Shown here: positions 26,166-39,606 of the stretch, in pieces | How the letters are laid out: each line of letters begins with the position of its first letter | Numbering within the stretch: the stretch's first letter is position 1 | Origin: Antedon mediterranea | Lineage: Eukaryota > Animalia > Echinodermata | Direction of reading: 5' to 3' | DNA length: 64,000 nt | Assembly: GCF_964355755.1 (NCBI RefSeq) | Contig: NC_092675.1 | Location: 11,527,812 to 11,591,811 of the forward strand | Notes under the pieces: generated by a model | Database searches by the model: none | What the model saw: only the letters and a program-made list of their open reading frames with translations | Told to the model about the DNA's origin: nothing | Translations under genes and position numbers: made by a program

Positions 26166-28918
26166 TCTATATATAAATTTACGTAAGGGCAAAATTCGGT
26201 AAATCGCGCGTTATTTCTAGAATGTTTACTCGATGGTATATAAAGTTGGTTCGTACTTTCGGTACTGATTTTAACCACCTGATGTAACCCTGTTTACTAA
26301 TTAAATTGAGTTAGATAATTAGTTATTGACGATTAAAACGAATTTAGGTTCAACGATTTGCCCCAAATAGGGGTGTTTTCCGATCGTGGTATACACTGTC
26401 CAATGCATGTCTATCTTGAAAAATACCTGCATACAATAATACGAGGATGCTTCGCATTTTCCTATCTCCTCCTATGACAATTGTTTTTAATGGCTGAAAA
26501 CCGGTGGAACAGCTCGAGTACAGCATCATAATGTTGAAGACAGACCTATTTTCTTCAAAACATACTATTTTAATAGATTTAATATACGTTTATACAAATG
26601 TATTGATTTCCGATGAATGGAACATTCCAATATATCTCTTTGCTTTAAAGGAAAGGAACACCCTGGGCTAAATGTGCCACTGTGCTTATAGATAAATGTA
26701 ATAAAAACATGATTACAATGGTTCAAGGTACAATAGTAAGCAATTGAGTTAAAAAATAGACTTTTAAACAACAACATATCGGAAATTGAACAGCGCCATT
26801 TTGACAGGTTATGAGCAAATATGTGACGTCAGATTAGGTGGACGCATTCAAGCAAATCCAAGCGTCCATCGTCTTAGTACAGTATTTCAATATGGAAGTG
26901 CGGGATATAACCATAAATAAAATCAATTAAATAGCCTAACATACCTAATAATTCGGAATATGGCTTGGAGTTTTTATAATTCAGAAAATTTGGAACCAGA
27001 ATATACAGAAAGAGAGTTAGTTTTGCGTTGTGCAGATGAGGAAAAAAGAAGAGAAGAAGAACATTCTCGAGCATAACAAGCCGTCGAAGAATGGTGTACT
27101 TGCGGCCAGTGTATCTGTACTGTATGCCTTACTAGGCCTAGAACTCGTGTTGAACGAAAATAAAGTAGACACTGCATCGTCAACCAACAGCCTTCGTTTG
27201 GAAGGTTTACCAGTTAATTCCCCTACCAAATCCCGTTTGAAACAGCTAGGCAATAAAAGTAACAATAGATTAATAATAGCTGAAAGATTTACGAATTGGC
27301 TTGCAGAAGAAAAGATCGAGCGAAGGTTTGTTTACCAAGCCAGCGCATGCTTATACCGCGTCATCGCCGTCCTGCATGACCGCATGTCGCGTTATTAGCC
27401 AATCATATTAGCGGATTCGCTTATCCAATAGAAGCGCCGAATGCAACCGCGAATCTTACAATTTTCGTCGGCCGTATCTGACGTCACAAACAGGCTGCCA
27501 TGAGCACAAGGAAGATGGCGATTTTCAAATGTCTTGAAAACAGCTTTAAAATCCTGTTTACTAGAAAACTACAAATCCGATTTAAACATAAATTGTTCTG
27601 AATATTAAGTTGGTAGGGTTACTTTTATAATAGTTAGGTAAAATATTAGGTTGTTCCTTTCCTTTAACACAAGTGCCACCAGCTGTAGGTAAATTTATTG
27701 GCCCTTGGGGAATTAACCTAAAACCTATATAGATTAAATTGCAATACTTGGACATTACTGTAAATACGTATAACATTTTTGGTCACCATTGAATTTACTG
27801 TGAGTGTGGGTACTGTTAGATGTATAACACATGTACAAATAAACGTATTACTGTGAGTGTGAGTAGGCCCTACTGTTATATAAAAGGTACAATATACAAA
27901 TAAACTGTAGGCCTACTACTGACAGTTGCTTCTCAGCGTTTGTATTAATTAATAATTACAAAGAATATAAAAAAGTGGTATATTATTTATAGGCCTATCA
28001 AACATGAAAAACATATTTCGTTACTGAGTAGATAAAGAATATATTTAAAAATTGTTCTTCTTTGTACCCATATCCTCTTCCCCATCCCTCAACCCCAATG
28101 TTACACACAAAACACAAATTGGGTTTGTTTAAATGAGTCTACTAATGAGAATAACAAATTTGGACTCATTTTGTGACAAGTTTTTCTTTTGGAAGTAATT
28201 CCCAGTGTGTGCTAATTTTAGTTTAATACATAAATCATTATAGTCCTGCAGTACGTACATTTAAAAAAAAAAATTTTTTTACGCTGAAATTACTGTGTAT
28301 TCGAGAACCATCTGTGGGCGCGACCTAGATGGTACGCGAGCGAAGCAATATACAAATAAACTGTACTACTGACAGTTGCTTCTCAACGTTTGTATTAATT
28401 AATAATTACAAAGAATATAAACGTTGTAGTGGTACGTGTATCGTTCATGTACTATGCTATTTCAATCGACTATGACAGTAACAGTTTTAACAAAGTATTA
28501 AATCGCAAATGTGTTACTGTATCAAGTGGTATATTATTTATAGGCCTATGAAAAACATATTTCGTTACTGAGTAGATAAAGAATATATTTAAAAATTGTT
28601 CTTCTTTGTACCCATATCCTCTTCCCCATCCCTCAACCCTAATGTTACACACAAAACACAAATTGGGTTTGTTTAAATGAGTCCAAATAACAAATTTGGA
28701 CTCATTTTGTGAGAAGTTTCTCTTTCGGAAGTAATTCCCAGTGTGCTAATTTTAGTTTAATACATAAATCATCGTGTCTGTAAACCACAATAGCTGTTAT
28801 AGTCCTGCAGTACGTACATAAAAAAAAGCAATTTTTTACGCTGAAATTACTGTGTATTCGAGAACCATCTATGGGCACGACCTAGATGGTACGCGAGCGA
28901 AGCGAGCTTACCATCTAG
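26166..28918 (+). mobile_element. Non-autonomous canonical Helitron (TC...CTAG)
   Basis: Starts TCTATATAT, ends CTAGATGGTA...TACCATCTAG; sits between A and T of host GGCATATAA|TAGGCACAA (uninterrupted version near 7596-7613); no TSD. Confidence 0.85.
26649..27663. mobile_element. Kolobok/T2-type MITE inside the Helitron
   Basis: TTAA on both sides; TIRs AGGAAAGGAACA / TGTTCCTTTCCT; inverted subterminal GTGACGTCAGAT motifs. Confidence 0.75.
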
Positions 28919-31900
28919 TAGGCACAATTCAGCACTATAAGCGTATAATAGGATGGCATACATCAACATTTTCTGAGATAATTTCCTTCCGAAATTGCTA
29001 TCTTAGTGTTTCATCTTGATACCGTTGCCATGTTACAAATTTGAATAAATGGCGGGTCCCATAATTTCACCTATTCTACACTGTATGTAACATGTATACA
29101 GATTTACTGTTTGCATGTATACTATAAGACACAAAATTGACAGAATTCAGCACTAACAACATATCATATTCTTCAGATCAGGTCATAATGCCATAATTTT
29201 TTTCTGTGTGCAATATTCTAACGTATGACGTGCATGTGGCGTTTGTCGTGCGGATAACTAACTCGTCAAAGTGACGAGTTACATGTCTAGTTCTTATTTC
29301 TTTCCTTACATTTTTGTGTAGAGCGTTTCTCTAACATGTGTAAACATAACATTTCATAACTTTGTCAACATATGGGCATTTACGTGAAGTTGTGCACCTC
29401 CTATTTTTGAATGACGTCAGAGTTGCGCAACGTGACTTATGTGCGATTTTATGATTTTTTATGATTGATCATAGGCTAAAAACCAAGCATAAATTTGTTT
29501 TGACACTTTGTGAAAATTTAAGTCATATCAAGGGCAAACTTTTTGTGGATTAAAAATGGCATGTTTTACAAGACGTTGCTCGCGCACACGCATTTTTCCT
29601 CTGTTTTTGTGTCTCGCGTATCTCAAAAACGTGTAAACATAACATTTCATAACTTTGTCAACATATGGGCATTCACGTGAAGTTGTGCACCTCCTATTGT
29701 GAATGACGTCAGAAATGCGCAACGTGACTTACGCACGATTTTATGAATTTCGCGTATTTAACATAGATTTAAAACCATATAACAATTTAAATTGAAACTT
29801 AGCAAAAGTTTAATTTATATCATGCGCTAACTTTCTGTGGAAAAAAAATTGCGTGTCTTACACAAAGTTACGCGCGCACGCGCATTTAAAACTCAAAATG
29901 CGCAAAATTAATTTTTAATCAACTTTCTACGCTCATCATGACATTTTGAGCATGTCAAAATTTCCCACAAGCGTGAACAATTTTATGCGCGTGGTGCGCA
30001 CGTAGCGCTAAAAGTATTTTTTTTTTATTGAATTATGTTTTTCCAGCCTTTTATAGTAATTTTACAAATTTTAAAACAATTTCGACTTACAATTACGTCA
30101 TACGGGCACGTTGAATTGGATACTTTACGTGCGTTTTTGATGAAAAAGTTAAAAAATTATGTCATTATGACCTGAACTGAAGAATATGATGTGTTGTTAG
30201 TGCTGAATGCTGTATATTTTCTGTCATATAGTATACACAGTATAATCTGTATACATGTCACAAACAGTGTAAAATAGGTGAAATTACGGAACCCGTATTT
30301 TATTTTAATTTTTAACATGTTGACGGTTTCAAAAGGAAACGCGAAGGTAGTAATTTCGGAAGAAAATTATCTCAGCAACAACATATTAATGTTTAACTCA
30401 TGCGTAAGATAGTTGATTGACCTAGACAATATTAAAAACTTGCGCGCAATTTTATGAATTTCAATGATTGATCATAGATTAAAAACCAAAAGTCATTTAG
30501 TATTGACACTTTGACAAAATTTAAGTCATATCAGAGGCAAACTTTCTACGGATTAAAAATGGCATGTTTCAGAAGAAGTTACGCGAGCCCGCGCATTTAA
30601 AATTTCAAAATGCGCAAAATTAATTTCTAATCAACTTTTTATGCGTTTCTTGTCATTTTGAGCATGTCAAAAATTCTCACGGGCGCGCAATTTTTTACGC
30701 ACGCGGTGCACACGTAGCGTTAAAAACATATTTTTTTCTCTTGAATTATATTTTTCAAGCCTTTCCTAGTAATTTTGAAAACAATTTAGACCTTTTCCAA
30801 TTTAAATAATGCCATACGAACACGTTGAACTAAACAATTCATGCGCGTTTTTTATGAAAAAGCTTAAAAAATCGTCAAAATTTTGTCTTTTTTTAAACAG
30901 TCGTAGTTTCTAAAGTAAACCGTGAACCGTTTATTTTTATTACAAAATCTAGAAGTTGATGAGTTGTAGATATCGGATCATGCATCGATAAGGCTAAAAA
31001 AAACATTGTGACGTCATCGTATGGCCACACGAATGTAAAATATAGGATTTTTGTCTCTTTCGTTATTGCTCATCACATTCAATGGAGCGCATCACGCTTA
31101 TCCGTGTTCCTTTTTCTCCTACATTTATATATTGTGTAGGTCAATCAACTTTCTTTAGCATGAGATAAAAATATTTTAATTTTTATGACGTCATCATGCC
31201 TAAAAATTTTAATTACGTGGGTCATTAATTTCATCTTTACAGTAAATTTTATTCTGTAATAGCTCGTAAGAATAAAATGTTTTCTTGAAGCTATTGGATT
31301 GTAGATAGGAATTCATGTAAACATTTTGCCAATCGGATGTTGTGACGTCATCATATGGCCAGTTGAATAAAAAAAAGTTGTATTTTCATATTTTGCGTAA
31401 TAGTTCATCACATTTAAAAGGGTGCGCATCTATATTTTACGTATTCAAATTTCTTCTACACGTTAATATGTTGTTCCTAAGATAATTTCCTTCTGAAATT
31501 GCTATCTAAGTGTTTCATTTTGATACCGTCGCCATGTTAAAATTTGGAATAAATGGCGGGTCCCGTAATTTCACCTATTCTACACTGTATGTAATATGTA
31601 TACAGATTATACTGTTTGCATGTATATAGTATATGACACAAAATTGACAGAATTCAGCACTAACAGCATATCATATTCTTCAGTTCTTGTCATAATGCCA
31701 TAATCTTTATCTGTGTGCAATATTCCAACGTATGACGTGCACGTGGCGTTTGTCGTGGTGCGGATAACTAACTCGTCAAAGTGACGAGTTTCATGTCTAG
31801 TTTAGAATAATTGTTATTGTTTGAAATCTTTGTTATTATTCTTATTCTTTTATTTCTGTACACTATTTTGTGTAACAATTATCTCAAAAAGTGAAATGTC

Positions 31901-33119
31901 AATGATCAAAAAAATGTCACAATATCTTTAAAACAATTTAACATAATCCTAATAATCTTTTCAGTGTGATCACTCATTCGTGACGTCATTTATACGCCAT
32001 TTGTGAAATCATGTCAATCATATCTTCATAACTCGTTATGAAATATCAATAAAATTCACTATATGTAAACTTCAGGTGAAGGGTAAATATATAGTATATA
32101 CGGTTGGGGTGATTTTGTCTAATTCTCACAGATTTCCTCATATCAGTTTAAATAATTAAATTTCAGTATATCACCGGGCGGTTTAGAATAACTGTTGTAC
32201 TGTAAGGCAAAATACCGGAAAAAATGACAATGCTGTGGGTATCAGTGGCTGGATCTCAATGGAGATAATTAGCAGAGCTTTCAGGCAACACTAGCCCTTC
32301 AAAATTCACTTGAAATTTTAGTCCTTTAGTGGCCGAATGTTTAGAACGATGTTTAAGAAAAGTACCTAAATGGTGACGATACCTGACGCTTTTCTCGGAC
32401 AGGCGACGTAGAATTGTGAAATTATCTAAAGTACCCTCCAGGATTACAGCAAAGTCAGATCAAAGCTAAAAACTAAAAGTGATTTTTTATTGAAAGGTTT
32501 TCATGCGCATTTAAAATTTAAAAATGCGCATTTTTATAATCAACTTTCTACGCGATTCCTGACATTTTGCGCATGTCAAAAATTCCCGCACGTGCGGACA
32601 ATTTTGCGGTGTGCACACAGCATGAAATTCAGGGTTTTTTCCCTTGAATTGTGATTTGGAAGTCGCTAAAGAAAAATTGTGCTGTGTGAATAAGATGATG
32701 CGCGCAATAACATAACGAAAGTACAAACTATATTATTTTGGGTGTTTTTCGTGGTGTATTAATTTAATATTTGATGCATTGAAATAAAATTAAAAAGTGA
32801 ACAAAAATCGAACGGAATACACATTAATCTAGGATGCGCCTCAGAAAGTGCATGAGATTAAAATATTTTAATGAATTAAATAAATCAACACAGTAGTCGA
32901 AATTTGATGATGACTTTTACTTTTTGGGTGTATTTTTCGTTAATATATGAATTTGGATTCGTTTTATTTGTGTTTCTTTTTTTTTTTACTTTTTTTTTTG
33001 TTTACATTTTTTTTATTTCATGGTTTGATTATATTTTGCTTTTTGTGCGTGTGTGTGTGTGTGTGAGGTTTCATATCCCTTTTGCTAGTTTTGTAATTAG
33101 ATTATTAGATTGAGGTCTA

Positions 33120-33774
33120 GTTTTGATATTTAGCTTTAAGCATGTCGCGGATTCGAACTTGAACGTACTAAACATATCATGGTCATGGCGATTTACTCAC
33201 TGAGACATACCGTGAGGTCAATTTCACAATGATAGGTCGAGGTTTGGATCGTTGGACGAGTCGATTTCCGGTGCGATGCGATCGATCAATATGATCCATA
33301 CTGTAGAAACATCGTTTTTTAGTTTCTCCTTAGCTTGTTTTATAACAATATCATTTGTGTTTTCATCATCACTTTCAGCAATACCAAAGATTCTAATGCA
33401 ATTTCTTCTGCTATATTGTTGCATAGTCATATCATCATATCAACCTGGTCATGAATCTTGATTTCCAGTTTATCTATTCTTTTTATGTTTAATGTTATTT
33501 GCTCATTAGGTTGTTCAAGGTCAGATATACGGCTTTCAGTATGGTTGAGGCATTCAACAAGCGATGATAGCTTTGCTTCAATTACATTAGATACCATTTG
33601 GCTAAAAATATCGTTAATTTGTTTACTTTGAAGAGCCTCAGCAATATCCGTTGTAATGGTGGCCAGTTTTGCGCTTTGCAATATTTCAACCTTTGTTGCC
33701 CGCACCACCTGTGTTGAATGCCTGGTTGTTTGTTTGCTTGCACCTGTAGCGGTGCATTCTTTACTTGCAGACAT
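33120..33774 (-). mobile_element. Decayed LINE ORF1 fragment (coiled coil + RRM-type)
   Basis: Coiled-coil segment followed by QYSRRNCIRIFGIAESDDENTNDIV, typical of CR1/L2-group ORF1; frameshifted. Confidence 0.7.
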
Positions 33775-34061
33775 GGTAGGCTGCGATTAAAAGGCTTCAA
33801 AGTATGAAAAATATAGAAGCAAATACTCAAAAAGCAACGTATAATTGACCTGAATGTTTGCGAACGTGATAAAAATGGAGGTAATGAATGTATATCTTAC
33901 GTAAAGGAAAAAAATCGTCATAGCGGTCGGTCCGGTGTATCTACACACGTCTGTTTACGTTCAAATCAATATGTTTAGTTTAGAAAAATCATTAATAATT
34001 TAATTTTAGATTCTTTTGAAAACAAATGTGTACAAATAAAAGTTACTAAATTTTATTTTAG

Positions 34062-34246
34062 TGTTATGGCCACCAGAAGAAAAAGAACATAATTTAATAC
34101 AAAGTAGTGATGGTATTGATGGCAAAGACTCTCAGATAACACCACAAAAAAAGAAGACCAAACATAGAATGAAGCTATCCAAGGATATGATAGAAGATGA
34201 GGTGGATGGAACGACACCTTCAAGAAAGATAGATAAAAACAAGAAG
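34062..34246 (+). CDS. AHI1: AHI1 post-SH3 exon
   Basis: ttttattttag acceptor, phase 1 start matching the SH3 exon, open frame (V)LWPPEEKE...DKNKK, gtataa donor phase 0. Confidence 0.7.
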
Positions 34247-34285
34247 GTATAAGATACTGTTACATTTTTCATCCTGTATAATATT

Positions 34286-34590
34286 ATCATTACCATCATC
34301 ATTATCAATAAATTACTTTCATCATCGTCGTCGTCGTCGTCGTCATCGTCCATACATCATCCATCATCCATCCATCATCAATCATCAATCATCCACAATC
34401 ATCCATCCATCCATCCATCATCATCATCCACCATCATCCGTCATCCATCATCCTCCATCAATCATCCATCAATCAATCATCCATCCATCCATCCATCATC
34501 ATCATCATCATCCATCATCATCACCATCATCATCACCATCTTCATCACCATCTTCATCATCATCACGGCGATGAGGATTATGATCATCAT
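34286..34590. repeat. Compound (CAT)n/(CATC)n/(CGT)n microsatellite
   Basis: Directly visible simple repeats in an AHI1 intron. Confidence 0.95.
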
Positions 34591-34848
34591 TTTCTTTGTA
34601 TGAACAGCTTTGCTCTGTTTCAGCCATTATGTGTAACTTTAGTTTTCTAAAAATTTCTGTAATAACACCAATTAGCAACAATTACATTGATGATACCAAA
34701 CTTTCAGCAGAATTCAAATAGAAATAAATTTATTTTTTTGTATAAATGTTTTGTAATTTCTCCAAAAGTCCCATTTACAGGTTTGGTTTCAAAATATTTA
34801 ATATAATTATATTGCAATTTTGTCACTGACATCTTCATAATATTGTAG

Positions 34849-34928
34849 GTAACAGCTGTGAAAATGAACGGTGAGTTGAGTTTCATTTCAGCGACTGAAG
34901 ATAGCGAGCAAGATACACCAGGTCCAAG
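34849..34928 (+). CDS. AHI1: AHI1 penultimate coding exon, VTAVKMNGELSFISATEDSEQDTPGP
   Basis: ttgtag acceptor phase 0; gtattt donor phase 2, matching the terminal exon. Confidence 0.65.
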
Positions 34929-35831
34929 GTATTTTCATTGTCTATTTCAAATTTGTAACAGTTTAAGAACAGGGTTTTAAGTATAATTTTACTTTTTTTT
35001 ACTTTACTGGTTATAATTTTACCAGTTTTTTTTTTTTTAGCTCTTTCACCTCGTTCTATCGTAGATAAACAAATGTTACTGAATTCAATCTTTTTGTGGG
35101 TAGTGGGTATTTGAATTTCTTGGTTAGGGAGTGCATTGTACACACCCAGCCACGGTGAGCAACAAGTCAACAATCTAACCTTGCACACACACATACTTTG
35201 ATCATACAGGGCTGCTGAACTATTGTTATGATGGTGTTTTAACGTCTATGAATGATGACTAAAATCTAGTCTTTGTTTTCCCTCGACTCTAATAATAAAC
35301 TTGGATAATGTATAATGTCTACATGTGAAAACAATTTCATCTGGTTTGAATATAGTTAAAATATATATAATTCATAAATTATAAACCAGTGGAAACTTAC
35401 ATATGTCAAAACAGTTTTCGTCAAGGTAACATTTTGACATATCAACTGAAGCAACTACCTTCGCACAAATAAGTTTTTGGGGTTTCTGGTTTGTTTTTTA
35501 TTTATTTCTCCACACTTCAACAATGTAAAAGAGTAATATGAATTATCAAATGCTAGGTTCTGGGTATATAAATATCTACATACCCAGTATAAAATTCCAC
35601 ATTATCAAAAATTTCTTGAGAAAATGTAGCTTTTCATTAAGAGTTGAGAAATCCAATGGCTGTCAGGTTATATGACCGAAAAATTATCCGAATTAACAAT
35701 CATAGACCAAACTTTTTTCACACCATAAAACAAAAGAAAGAAAAAAAAAATTTTAAAAACCTTTTTTATATAATTTGTTTTGCCATTTAGTTTCTGTTTT
35801 TTATTTTGAGTAATTGTGTATTCATTTGTAG

Positions 35832-36048
35832 TCGTCAAAGACGCAAAAAAAGGCAAGAATTAGATGAATTGCTTAGCACACCTTCAAGTCAATTGCCTCC
35901 GCAGTCAAAGGGAACAGCATCTAGTCACCGTAAAGTCCAAGAAGTTAAAGAAAGTGCATCACACAAAGCAAGTCCTAGGCGTCGATCAAAAACAGCTAAA
36001 AACACCGGACAGCTGATAACAAAAATGAGGAAAGAACATAAGCAGTAA
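35832..36048 (+). CDS. AHI1: AHI1 terminal coding exon, RQRRKKRQ...RKEHKQ*
   Basis: tttgtag acceptor phase 2, open to TAA, followed by AT-rich sequence with AATAAA hexamers. Confidence 0.7.
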
Positions 36049-37022
36049 ACCTATGATTTATTATGAGTGGATTTATAATATTGTCATTGTCAATAATTTC
36101 ATTACAAATTAAAATGTTTTAAAGAAAGAAAATGATTTTATGATGTTCTGCTTGTTAGGATATTTAATACTATCAAACCTTGATTTTATTTATGAATTGT
36201 TACTGTATATCATGTATTATAAAATATATTACTGTATAAAATGTATTAAGTTGTTGAACATTGGTATGCAATAAGTATGATATGTACAGTAGGCTAAAAA
36301 AATGAAAACTTTTTAAAAAAAGGTTTTTGAATAAAATGAATAATAGGAACTGTAAATGGGCTCTGGATGGTACATATGCATGCACATGAATAATGTGAAA
36401 GATAAGGTATTTTATTTGGTTAGTATTGCTTCTCTCAAGTCAAGTAAACTATCTATATATGTTTCCCAGGCATTTTATACTTTATTTTGGTTTCCGTTGG
36501 ACCATAATATTGTATTATAATGTACTACATACAAACTTTCAAAGTGGGTATGAGAGAGAGCAGGACATATGGTTTCAATCAAAATACAGCACTACGAATG
36601 AAATTGTCTCATTTTATTCAAAATTACAATTCCATTTTAACATATGAACAATTGTATTTTGATACATCAATTTTTAAAAACAACCTCATTCTGATTTTAC
36701 TATGCTTTTATAAGTTTTTTATTATCTTATTTTACATTGAATAAATGTTTTAATTAATTTAAGATTAATGTGTTATTTTTTTATATTATTTACAATCACT
36801 TTTCAAACTCGGGCCTTAAAAATAAAATAAACAAATGATACATAATTATATAGTATATTATAATACAAATATTCTAATATAAATAAATGAATGTTTATAA
36901 TGAATTGAATGGAAACAAATATAATAATAATATCCCCATTAAATGTTTTATTTTTTTATTACACATCTTCTACTTTAGTAAGTAAATGTTTATCTGCCGC
37001 TTGACTCTGGTTACCATTATTA

Positions 37023-37305
37023 TTAGTTATCCGCACCTTGGCGGATAACTGCTTGTGATTTTATGAGATCATCATCTTTTTTTTTCTGTATTATTCTTCT
37101 TTCTTTCCACCCTATTTTTGTGCGTCATGTTTCTCTAAAAATTTACGTGAAGTTGTACACTCTATTTTTGAAAAACGTCAGAGTTGCGCAATGTGACTTG
37201 CACATGATTTTATGAATTTAAATGATTGATCATAGATTAAAAACCAAAAGTAATTTTGTATTGACACTTGGTGAAAATTTAATTCATATCAAGAGTCAAC
37301 TTTCT
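37023..37305 (+). mobile_element. 5' fragment of a type B non-autonomous Helentron
   Basis: Head TTAGTTATCCGCACCTTGGCGGATAACT plus about 250 bp of body, then truncated. Confidence 0.8.
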
Positions 37306-37439
37306 AGCTCGGATATATACTGTTTCGTATGTTTTTCTGCATTTCCAACACTCTTGAAACCATTCTAAGGCGTTCCATGCAATACAATGTCCAAATGTTG
37401 GCTACAACATACATATCTGGGGCATTTTAGGTCATTACC

Positions 37440-38984
37440 TGACTTTTCAATATTGAGTGTGTCCCGTTAAAGCTTTAGTCGTGTACAGGTGGATCCGGGG
37501 ACATTGCGTCTAGTGACTACAACTCTGCAATCCAACTTGAAGAAGTGCTTTTGCATTTGAATATCCAACAATACAAAGGAGTAGTCCTTGGGTGATTTTA
37601 ACATCAATTGGTTGGATATTGACCATAACACCAACAACCAACTTACTCGTGTTCTGGAATGGAAGAGCCAACCACTTGCCACTACACTAAATGATGGTAA
37701 AAGCACTCATTGATCTTATATTTACTAACTGTGGACAACAAGTGTGCGATGTTCGTGTCTTGGAACCTTTCTCCACCTCTGATCATTGTATGATATCTTT
37801 TAGAATTCGTGGTATACCTAGAGTGTGGTCTCTTCCAACTATAATTAAATACCTATATAATAAGACAGATGCAGAACTATTCAAAAACAGAGTTAGTAAA
37901 ATCACATGGATTCCATTTATGATGAATCTATAAACAAATTATGGGACAACTTTCAAACAAAGTTTATGAGTTGGAAAAGAGGAAAATCAAGCTGTGGATT
38001 TCACCCGAAATTAAGCGTCTGGTAACCTTGAAACGTCATCTTTTAAACTGAGCAAAGTGCTCAGGTATTAACTGAACATTGGAAAACGTACAAAAAGATG
38101 AGAAGTAAAGTACGGTATATGACAAGTCGTTGTAGAAGACGGTATTTAAATGAGCTTATGTCTAAACCCGATAATATGAAGCAGTTCTGGTCTTATGTAA
38201 AAACAAAGAGACAGTCTGTTCAGTCTTCAAGTTTTGAAATCAATGGACATCCTTGCTCTAACTCCACTATTATCGCCGACTCATTCAATTTATTATTTTC
38301 ATCATATTTCACACAGTCTGACAGTACAAACAATCACAAAATTAGCTCTCCTAACTTTGGAAGTTCCATCTTTGAAACATATGAATATTCATCAAGTAAT
38401 CGTTTTAGAAAAACTAAGAGGCCTGAAAAATGGAAAAGCTCCTGGTCCTGATGGTGTGACATCATCCAAAATAAAGTTATGTGCTGCTTCCTTCTGACAT
38501 ATATAATTATATTCAAATATTCTAACGACATATTCTCCTCTAGATTTATCAACAGCTAACGATATTCAGAATGACATCGAACTAATTGCTACATGGGTCT
38601 CTACGAAATCTCACATTAAATATTTCTAAGACCAAATACCTACAGATCTTTCGAAAAGTAAATAAATCTGTAAATGTTTTCTTTATTAATATGTTAATCG
38701 AAAAAGTTTCCAATTTTATATATCTTGGCGTACATGTACATTCAGGAAGATCTGGCCTGGAACCACCATATCCACATTATTCACAGGCGAAAAAATTACT
38801 GGGTTTTATTTACCGACAATTCTATTCTATTCTACTTTACCAAAGTAACATTCGCCTGCGTCTAGAATATGCATGTCAAGTGTTTGATCCTTCTTACAAT
38901 ATTCACTCTAATAGACTAGAACGAGTCCAAAAATTTGCGTTGAAAATAATTTGCAAAGCATGGAAAACATTGGTCACAGAGTAG
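37440..38984 (+). mobile_element. Decayed LINE ORF2 (AP endonuclease to RT C-terminus, internally deleted)
   Basis: Fragments LGDFNINW, SDHCMI, KQFWSYVK, GKAPGPDG, YLGV, LEYACQVFDP, RLERVQKFALKII in several frames. Confidence 0.8.
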
Positions 38985-39367
38985 TGAAATAAAATATCAT
39001 TTTAATTCTGTTTTCCTTAAGATGGCAGAATAATCTCTGCAAGGGCCACACAGATAGAAGGCTCATCTTGTATTGTTCAATGTTTAGAATGGTGCATCAC
39101 TCCTATTTTTCTAAAAAAAATAATAATAAAAATTTTAACATTACATTACCAAATAACATCAGAAAATAATGCAGTTTAAAAATGTTACTACATTAAAAGA
39201 AAAATAACACTATATAAACCTCCACCATCATGGGTCATTTTCAATGATATGAGGTAGGCCATTATGTTTCAATATTTTAAAGAGTTTTAGAAAAGTGATA
39301 AGATGGCAGAATTGGATACTCTCAATACAATAGTATAATCTAAGGTATCTCTGAAAATCTAAAATTG

Positions 39368-39606
39368 TCATGACAAAGCATAATACCTTGATCTATATTC
39401 CAAGTCACTGTGGCTTTTTTTTGTGATTGGTACTGGAGGTGCTTGACGTATCTTAGCGGCTGAATTTGGAAGGCTAACAGATTTGGCCAACACTGCTTCA
39501 AACTCTTTCTTGTGGCTCAACATACCTGGCATTACATACACCTGGCTTAGGCCTCCTTGATTCATGCGACTTTGAGCTCCAAGTAAGGGTGGTAGTTCAT
39601 TATGAC
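39368..39606 (-). CDS. PPP1R42: PPP1R42 coding exon 6 (terminal)
   Basis: cttttgtag acceptor, phase 1 matching exon 5, open to TGA. Confidence 0.75.

Larger units (their letters stand above)
11150..32660 (+). mobile_element. Nested stack of 12 non-autonomous Helentron-type elements (types A, B, C) in the 23-kb AHI1 intron
   Basis: Heads at about 11150(A), 11161, 11231, 11293(A), 11350, 11411, 11463, 11527, 13621, 13677 (all other heads B: AGTTATCCGC..GCGGATAACT), 13738 and 17294 (C: GGTTATCCGC..GATAACC). Tails with hairpin AACTCGTCA-AAG-TGACGAGTT and (C/G)TAG end at 13620, 15322(C), 17276, 18881(C), 20407, 21534, 22953, 24809, 29290, 31800. Confidence 0.9.

Noticed and set aside
27030-27398. 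122-aa ORF inside the Kolobok-like MITE
   Set aside because: No recognisable motif; it may be a decayed remnant but cannot be supported.
32089-32497. Unrelated segment interrupting the outermost type A body
   Set aside because: No TIR, TSD or coding signal that I could identify.
6473-32726. Many 60-100 aa ORFs recurring in element bodies
   Set aside because: They recur because the DNA repeats; stops and frameshifts differ between copies and no domains are recognisable.
34132-34353. Poly-Asp ORF on the minus strand
   Set aside because: Product of the microsatellite, and antisense to an AHI1 exon.
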